Both the position numbers and the translations under genes were made by a program. The notes under the pieces were generated by a model. That model ran no database searches, had not been told where the DNA came from, and worked only from the letters and a program-made list of their open reading frames with translations. From a virus (lineage: Duplodnaviria > Heunggongvirae > Uroviricota > Caudoviricetes), in IMG/VR virus record IMGVR_UViG_3300028833_000054, positions 118,482 to 182,481 of that record: a stretch of DNA of 64,000 bases; one strand, written 5' to 3'. Shown here piece after piece: positions 58,209 to 64,000 of the stretch. Numbering within the stretch: the stretch's first letter is position 1; each line of letters opens with the position of its first letter.

Positions 58209-60218
58209 TTAATTTAATTTAGATTCGAGGTCTTCTATTCTCCAGATAAGTTTTTTGATTACTTCATAGAGATTGTCTAACTCAGAAATTGTAGGATTAG
58301 ATATCATTGTATTGCTGAATCCTGTCATTTTGACTTTATCTCCTGTTATTTCTCCAACAGGTCCTGGAACTCCTTGTGCTCCTTGTTCACCTTGTGTTCC
58401 TCTTGGTCCTTGAGGTCCTTGTGTTCCTCTTTGTCCAACAGGTCCTTGTGCACCAGGATAACCTACTTCACCTCTAAGACCTTGAGTACCTTGCTCTCCT
58501 TGTGGACCTCTTGCTCCTTCCTCACCCGGTTCACCTTGTGCTCCTCTGTAACCTTGTGGACCTCTTTCGCCTGGAGCACCTTGCTCTCCACTGTAACCTC
58601 TTTCTCCTCTTGGTCCTTGCTCTCCTTGTGGTCCCATAGGTCCAGGATTTCCTTGTGGTCCTCTGTCACCAGTTTCACCTTTTTCTCCTCTTTCACCTTT
58701 AAGACCTTGTGTTCCTTGGTCACCGATTGTTCCTCTTGGTCCTTGAACACCTTCTGCTCCTCTTGGTCCTTGAACTCCAACAGGACCTTGGAATCCAACA
58801 GGACCTCTAACTCCCTGTGAACCTTCAACTCCTTGTGTACCAAATATTCCTTGTGTACCAAATACTCCTTGCGGTCCTCTTGGACCTATTGCTCCGATAG
58901 TTCCTCTTTCTCCTTGAGTTCCTTGCTCACCTTGAAGACCCTGAGTTCCTTGCTCTCCTCTTGTACCATCAAATCCTTGTGTACCGACTGCGCCTTGTGT
59001 ACCTTCAAGACCTTGTGAACCATATTCACCTTGAGCACCTACAATACCCTGAGTACCTCTTACTCCTTGTGGTCCTCTATCTCCTTGTGGTCCTTGTTCA
59101 CCCTGTGCACCAGGAAGACCAACAGGGCCTCTCAATCCGATTGGACCAGGTTCACCTTTAAGACCTTGTGTTCCAATTGTTCCTCTATCTCCTTGTGGTC
59201 CTTTTTCACCTTGTGGTCCTTGTTCACCTTGGTCTCCTTGTGGTCCTTTAGGACCCTGGTCTCCTTCAAGACCAGTTGTACCTATATGACCCTGAGGACC
59301 TCTGTCTCCTTGTGGTCCTTTGTCTCCAAGATAACCAGTTTCACCACGAGGTCCTTTATCTCCTTGTGGTCCCTTATCTCCCTTTGGACCTTGCGGGCCA
59401 ACTACTCCTTGTGGTCCTTGCTCACCCGTTGGTCCTTGGAATCCCATAGGTCCTCTTAATCCTTGTGGTCCTTGATTTCCTTCTGGTCCTTGTTCACCTT
59501 TCAATCCTTGAGCTCCCATTGGACCTTGTTCACCACGTTCTCCTCTCAAACCTTGAGAACCTTCATAACCTTGAGTACCTGCAACACCTTGTATTCCATA
59601 AGGGCCTTGTGGTCCTTCTGGTCCTTGTGGTCCTTCAATTCCTCTGCTACCAATTTCACCTTGAGTACCTTGTTCACCTTGTGTACCCTGGAATCCGTAT
59701 GTTCCTCTTGGTCCTTGAGGTCCTTCTATACCTTGTGTACCTTGTTCTCCTTGTGCTCCTTGAAATCCTCTTGCTCCTCTGATTTGTCCCTTCTCTACTT
59801 TTTTCATGATTTTGACAATCATATCATGCAAAGTATGAATAGTGTAATATTCGGAATCTAAATTAATATCCAAATCAGATTCTACTTCTTTCTTTGCACC
59901 AAGAATTCCAGCTGATTTTGAAAGAGAAGCATTTCTTGTCAAATTCAAAGGTGCACCTGCACCAAGAAGTTCGTCCCAAACTACTTCTCCACTTGCTTCA
60001 TCAACTGCTCCGAGAACTTTCAACAATTCAGAAGCTCTTCCTATAGATTCACCATTTGTTCCATCACTTGTTGGGAATATAAAAATTGCATCTTCTTTTA
60101 TTGCTGCAATTTTATTCAAAATGATTGCTTTACCTACAGTATCAAGAGCTTTATAATCTACTATATCTTGGGCTGTTACTTTATAAAACTGTGGAATATT
60201 TGTTATTTCTTCAGCCAT
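58209..60218 (-). CDS. Collagen-like protein 2 (669 aa)
   Basis: 159 uninterrupted Gly-X-Y triplets (res 148-624, GPQ-rich); C-terminal heptad LYEVIKKLIWRIEDLESKLN. Confidence 0.9.
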   Translation of the reverse strand: MAEEITNIPQFYKVTAQDIVDYKALDTVGKAIILNKIAAIKEDAIFIFPTSDGTNGESIGRASELLKVLGAVDEASGEVVWDELLGAGAPLNLTRNASLSKSAGILGAKKEVESDLDINLDSEYYTIHTLHDMIVKIMKKVEKGQIRGARGFQGAQGEQGTQGIEGPQGPRGTYGFQGTQGEQGTQGEIGSRGIEGPQGPEGPQGPYGIQGVAGTQGYEGSQGLRGERGEQGPMGAQGLKGEQGPEGNQGPQGLRGPMGFQGPTGEQGPQGVVGPQGPKGDKGPQGDKGPRGETGYLGDKGPQGDRGPQGHIGTTGLEGDQGPKGPQGDQGEQGPQGEKGPQGDRGTIGTQGLKGEPGPIGLRGPVGLPGAQGEQGPQGDRGPQGVRGTQGIVGAQGEYGSQGLEGTQGAVGTQGFDGTRGEQGTQGLQGEQGTQGERGTIGAIGPRGPQGVFGTQGIFGTQGVEGSQGVRGPVGFQGPVGVQGPRGAEGVQGPRGTIGDQGTQGLKGERGEKGETGDRGPQGNPGPMGPQGEQGPRGERGYSGEQGAPGERGPQGYRGAQGEPGEEGARGPQGEQGTQGLRGEVGYPGAQGPVGQRGTQGPQGPRGTQGEQGAQGVPGPVGEITGDKVKMTGFSNTMISNPTISELDNLYEVIKKLIWRIEDLESKLN

Positions 60219-60235
60219 TTCACATAATTTATCAT
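60203..60235 (-). other. Mini-uORF MINYVKWLKK* plus internal ATG-TGA start-stop (60225-60220) 1 nt before the collagen 2 start
   Basis: ATG 6 nt after the promoter box; ATGTGA-A-ATG. Confidence 0.4.
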
Positions 60236-60240
60236 TTTAA

Positions 60241-60248
60241 TATTTATC
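60241..60248 (-). promoter_or_regulatory. T4-late-like promoter GATAAATA
   Basis: Followed by TTAAAATGA. Confidence 0.6.
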
Positions 60249-60250
60249 TA

Positions 60251-60288
60251 AATAAAAATAGGAGGGCGCATTTCTCAACGAACCCTCC
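60251..60288 (-). terminator. Rho-independent terminator
   Basis: GGAGGG...CCCTCC stem, then TATTTTTATTT. Confidence 0.6.
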
Positions 60289-60366
60289 CCGGAAACAAAA
60301 ATCATCACCATGAAGAAAGAGTTTCCAATCTTTTCCTCTGATGTAGTTGTATCTATTGTTAGCTAA

Positions 60367-60894
60367 TTATATCTTTGGAAATGGCTTCCAAGTAAGCATA
60401 TTGGTAACAATATCAATCTTTTCTTGAAGCTGAATATTAAATGTTGGTGAATTTATAACGTTATTAGAAATTGCATCAATTATACCCGCATTGTCAATTG
60501 CTTGTATGATTGCATCATCAACATCTTCCTGAGTAATGATAGTGTCTAAGACTTCTTTCAATGTATGTTTTGTTCCGTCATCATCAATAATAATTTCATC
60601 ATTTGCAATACTATTATTGAATGAACAATGAATGTAAGGATGGTCTACATCTGCTGAACCAATACCGAAAACAAGTTCAAGAGTCTTTCTTGGCTCTCCT
60701 GTCTCAGGGTCAATTTGTTTATGTGTATAATAAAAAGGAACTACAATAGGCTCACCCAAAACAAGCTTCTTGCTTAATATAAGTTCAACTGCTTCTTCAA
60801 AGTTAGCAGCAATTTTCTTATAAGCAATAAATTTCAAAAGGTCTGCTGGAGCCTGTCCATGTATTCTTGGTAATGTATTAGTAGGACTTTGCAT
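60367..60894 (-). CDS. Hypothetical late (probably virion) protein
   Basis: 175-aa ORF with late promoter at the head of the fibre cluster. Confidence 0.65.
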   Translation of the reverse strand: MQSPTNTLPRIHGQAPADLLKFIAYKKIAANFEEAVELILSKKLVLGEPIVVPFYYTHKQIDPETGEPRKTLELVFGIGSADVDHPYIHCSFNNSIANDEIIIDDDGTKHTLKEVLDTIITQEDVDDAIIQAIDNAGIIDAISNNVINSPTFNIQLQEKIDIVTNMLTWKPFPKI

Positions 60895-60895
60895 A

Positions 60896-60910
60896 CTAAA
60901 TAATTTTCAT
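60896..60910 (-). other. Mini-uORF MKII*(TAG) ending 1 nt before the 60894 start
   Basis: ATG AAA ATT ATT TAG T ATG; the ATG is 6 nt after the promoter box. Confidence 0.45.
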
Positions 60911-60915
60911 TTTAT

Positions 60916-60923
60916 TATTTATT
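60916..60923 (-). promoter_or_regulatory. T4-late-like promoter AATAAATA (leftward)
   Basis: Followed by ATAAAATGA. Confidence 0.65.
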
Positions 60924-60949
60924 CAAGTTTCAACCTAGTAAAAACCACA

Positions 60950-60957
60950 AATAAATA
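60950..60957 (+). promoter_or_regulatory. T4-late-like promoter AATAAATA (rightward)
   Basis: Divergent partner upstream of the terminase operon. Confidence 0.55.
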
Positions 60958-60988
60958 TTCAAATAAATTAAATCATCACCAATAAATT

Positions 60989-61687
60989 ATGAGCACTATA
61001 AAGCAAGATAGAAAAGATCTTGAGATGCTTTTAAATGGAATTACTCCAATTGAAGGAACGAGTCCAAGCCCGACACCTTCTCAATCAACACTTGTCCAGA
61101 GCCCTGCTTCTCAACCGCAGCAATCTGTGATAGACAATGCAGGTTCTGAAATAGGAGTCGAGAAAGTGTTTGAATTTAATTACGAGTCAATAAGGAAAGG
61201 CCTCCGTAAAAAGGCGCGAAAGACTGTACTTAATATTGCCAATCATATTCTTACTGAAGATATGGTGGAGGAGGATTATGTACAAGATAAGATTGAACAG
61301 GACATTGAGACTTTGACTGATTTGTACATGCAAGTTGAAACAAACACTTTAATGCAGCAAGCACTTGTCAGTACAGTTTCAAAAGGAAATCTTATGCCAA
61401 GATATTTTGAAGTATTCGGACAGCTTACTGAAAAGATATCAGCACTGAACAAACAAGTAGTAGGAACTGAACAGACAATCAGAAAAACCTATCTTGATTT
61501 GAAATTTGAAATAAGAGATAAGAAAGAAGAAGAGATGAATACAAGTGGAAATCTTGTTCTTGGTACAACACAACCAACAAATACAGGAACACTTGTAACA
61601 TCATCTCTTGATTTGATTGCAAAAGCAAAAGCTAAACACCGTGAAGCACTTGAAGCTGCAAAAGAAACTACATTTACTGAAGAATGA
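60989..61687 (+). CDS. Terminase small subunit (T4 gp16-like)
   Basis: MPRYFEVFGQLTEKISALNKQ matches the gp16 PRx(Y/F)EV.xQL helix motif; near terL. Confidence 0.65.
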   Translation: MSTIKQDRKDLEMLLNGITPIEGTSPSPTPSQSTLVQSPASQPQQSVIDNAGSEIGVEKVFEFNYESIRKGLRKKARKTVLNIANHILTEDMVEEDYVQDKIEQDIETLTDLYMQVETNTLMQQALVSTVSKGNLMPRYFEVFGQLTEKISALNKQVVGTEQTIRKTYLDLKFEIRDKKEEEMNTSGNLVLGTTQPTNTGTLVTSSLDLIAKAKAKHREALEAAKETTFTEE

Positions 61688-62055
61688 TAAAAGAAATTTA
61701 CATAAGAGATTTTCAAGACCCTTATTTTGAGCCTGGAATCGTTGATTTTGAAAATGATATAGAATCTGTCATAACACAGGTTCGTGTATTGCTTGGTACA
61801 AAACCAGGAGATGTCATAGGTTCTCCTCAGTTTGGTATAGATTTGGAATATTTGGTATTCAATACTGTAAAGGATGCTATGAAAATCCAAGATATGATAA
61901 ATGAACAATTGCAAACGTATGTGCAAACAGGCAAAAATATTACTCTTGGAGTAAATGTAAGTTTTGGTGATTCTGGTCATGGATATGATATAGCATTGGT
62001 AGATATATTATTGAATGGTAAGAAAGCTTTAGGTTTGTTGGTGAACAAAGAATAA
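61684..62055 (+). CDS. Baseplate wedge protein, gp25/GPW-like
   Basis: IESVITQVRVLLGTKPGDVIGSPQFGIDLEYLVF. Confidence 0.75.
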   Translation: MIKEIYIRDFQDPYFEPGIVDFENDIESVITQVRVLLGTKPGDVIGSPQFGIDLEYLVFNTVKDAMKIQDMINEQLQTYVQTGKNITLGVNVSFGDSGHGYDIALVDILLNGKKALGLLVNKE

Positions 62056-62058
62056 TTT

Positions 62059-64000
62059 ATGGCAACATCATACGAAGAAAGACAAAAAGAAGAAGATAAG
62101 AAAAAACGGTTAAGAAGAGTTTATTCAACTAATTTAATTAATCAACTTATTAAAGACCGTTCACTGGGTTATGATATTGATTATGACCCATTCTATATGC
62201 GTGATTTGGACCTTAGAGCACCTGGTGTAACTTTCAATATGACTCCAGAAGAAATGGAAGAATATCAGAAATGTTTTGATGACGCCCTTTATTTTGTTAG
62301 AAACTATTGCAAATTCCAGACTGACAATGGAATGAATTTAGTAGACCTGAGAGATTTCCAAGAGAAGATTATCAAGATTGTCACAGATGAAGTTTACATT
62401 CCTAAGATTGATGATTTCGGTCCAAAGAACAGAAATGTAATCTGGATGGCTGCCCGTCAGTCAGGAAAGACGACCACTATTGCTAGTTTCCTCTCCTGGA
62501 TGATTATATTCCATGCACATAGAAATATATTGGTTGCAGCTAATAAGGAAGATACAGCAACGGAAATTGTAAATAAGATAACGAATATTTTCAAAGGACT
62601 TCCATATTTCTTGAAACCAGGTTGTGATAGTTTCGGTAAGACTACACTGTCACTTGAAAACGGTTCAAGAATTCTTTCAACTGCAACTACAAATACTGCA
62701 TCTATCGGTTTTACATTGCACTGCGTTTTGCTTGATGAGTTCGCACACATTCCTGATAATATTGTTGCTAACTTCTGGCGTTCTGTATATCCTACATTGT
62801 CATCATCTGAAGTTTCACAATGTATCATCACTTCAACTCCAAATGGTGTTACGAACAAGTTCTATGATATTTGGTCAAAATCAGTCAATCACGAGAATTC
62901 ATTCGTCAATTTGAGAACTGACTATTGGGAAGTTCCAGGTCATGATGATGCTTGGGCAGCTAAGATGAGAGCAGACTTTGGTGATGAAGAATATGCACAA
63001 GAATTTGAATTGCAATTCAATGTCAATTCAAAGATGCTTTTGAAAGCAGAAGACTTGAAATTCTTAGACAGATTCAAAGTAGATTTTGTTCACAAGGAAA
63101 TAAGAGGAGCTACTAATCAATATTTGTTAGATGAGAATATCAAGTGGCATCCTGCATTTGACCCAAATGAAATTGAAGAGAATGATAAATTCATATTCTT
63201 GATTGACCTTGCAGAAGGTGCTGCAGAGAAAGAGGCTAAGTTCAAGAATAAGAAAAGAACTCCTGACTCAAATACAATCAACATATTTAAAGTTGTTCCA
63301 AATTCTGTTGCAAATATGAAACGATATTTTGACAGGGGCTGTGAAATAAAAGATGCATTCAGATATATTCAAGTTGGAAAATATGAATGCAATACAGAAG
63401 ATGAAATCTATTGCGGAAATGTTGCAGCTGCTCTTGCATATGACTTAATGAAAGATGACTTGAGAGAATCTGTAAAGATTATGGTTGAAATGAATTTCAA
63501 CGGTAAATCATTCGTACAGACTTTCATGCATCATCCAAATGCTTATGATGGAACAATATTGAAAACTTATCACACAAAGCCTATACCAGGAGAAAGACAG
63601 AGAAGAAGGACTGGATTCAAGACAAAGGCAGATAAAGAATTCTATTGTATTCGTGGAGCTAAGCTTATCAATATGAAACGTATAATTGTATTTGATAAAG
63701 ATACTTACAATCAAATGCAGTCATTTGGATATGTGAAAGGAAAGATTGAGGGAATTGCTTGTCATGATGACTTGTCAATGCCAGTATTCAATCACATCTC
63801 AAGAATGTTAGATGAAGCTACTTATACAGAATGGCTTGATGACTATTTCACATCTCTTGAAAATGATTCTAAAAAATATGCAATGAATGCATTGATGGAA
63901 TTGTATGATATGGAAAATCCTGAAACAAGTGATAGTGAATTCAAAGCAAGTTATGGAATACAAGAATCTCCGTTTATACCGAGTTCTGAGTATGCTGAAT
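62059..64000 (+). CDS. terL: Terminase large subunit (T4 gp17-like), runs off the window end
   Basis: Translated by hand from ATG 62059 with no stop to 64000: Walker A AARQSGKTT, Walker B VLLDEFAH, TSTPNG, nuclease FLIDLAEG, VEMN, HDDL. Confidence 0.93.
   Translation, partial: MATSYEERQKEEDKKKRLRRVYSTNLINQLIKDRSLGYDIDYDPFYMRDLDLRAPGVTFNMTPEEMEEYQKCFDDALYFVRNYCKFQTDNGMNLVDLRDFQEKIIKIVTDEVYIPKIDDFGPKNRNVIWMAARQSGKTTTIASFLSWMIIFHAHRNILVAANKEDTATEIVNKITNIFKGLPYFLKPGCDSFGKTTLSLENGSRILSTATTNTASIGFTLHCVLLDEFAHIPDNIVANFWRSVYPTLSSSEVSQCIITSTPNGVTNKFYDIWSKSVNHENSFVNLRTDYWEVPGHDDAWAAKMRADFGDEEYAQEFELQFNVNSKMLLKAEDLKFLDRFKVDFVHKEIRGATNQYLLDENIKWHPAFDPNEIEENDKFIFLIDLAEGAAEKEAKFKNKKRTPDSNTINIFKVVPNSVANMKRYFDRGCEIKDAFRYIQVGKYECNTEDEIYCGNVAAALAYDLMKDDLRESVKIMVEMNFNGKSFVQTFMHHPNAYDGTILKTYHTKPIPGERQRRRTGFKTKADKEFYCIRGAKLINMKRIIVFDKDTYNQMQSFGYVKGKIEGIACHDDLSMPVFNHISRMLDEATYTEWLDDYFTSLENDSKKYAMNALMELYDMENPETSDSEFKASYGIQESPFIPSSEYAE

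Noticed and set aside
48290-59861. Many long plus-strand and off-frame ORFs over the collagen genes (e.g. 51628-54447, 939 aa; 54581-56062)
   Set aside because: Shadow frames of the GGN-ACN-CAR repeat, giving low-complexity L/Y/V/E or T/L/S/C text with no promoter or start context
62059-64000. Intein, intron or stop-codon recoding in terL (missing from the ORF track)
   Set aside because: The frame is simply open to the window edge, with contiguous motifs and no in-frame stop

Overview
This 64 kb window is AT-rich, densely coded and comes from a large T4-related (myovirus-like) phage genome. The host is probably a Bacteroidota member, judged from TAnnTTTG promoters, BACON and BspA-like modules. 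From left to right: a BACON-repeat virion protein, an HxGH-nucleotidyltransferase/ligase-fold fusion and a gp13-like neck protein. Then a long minus-strand early/middle block: DnaJ-GrpE-DnaK, ThyX, HD and DHH hydrolases, T4-RNase-H-like exonuclease, clamp loader, FkbM methyltransferase, DUF932, MoxR AAA+/VWA pair, UDP-glucose dehydrogenase and ClpX. Then a 33 kb adhesion/fibre block: two mosaic tail fibres of 3053 and 2442 aa, a BspA-like protein, a LamG protein, a 3326-aa collagen-like protein with 1054 Gly-X-Y triplets and a second collagen. The right end holds terminase small subunit, a gp25-like gene and terminase large subunit (runs off the end). The most unusual signals are (1) a recurring late-gene cassette of terminator, RATAAATA promoter and a 2-10 codon mini-ORF, usually starting at the predicted +1, whose stop overlaps or abuts the structural gene start, (2) a giant collagen predicted near 0.9 um long, and (3) a 178/180 bp direct repeat at the 5' ends of the two tail-fibre genes. 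No tRNA, rRNA, CRISPR array or transposase was recognised. Product calls come from motif recognition only; no database search was run.
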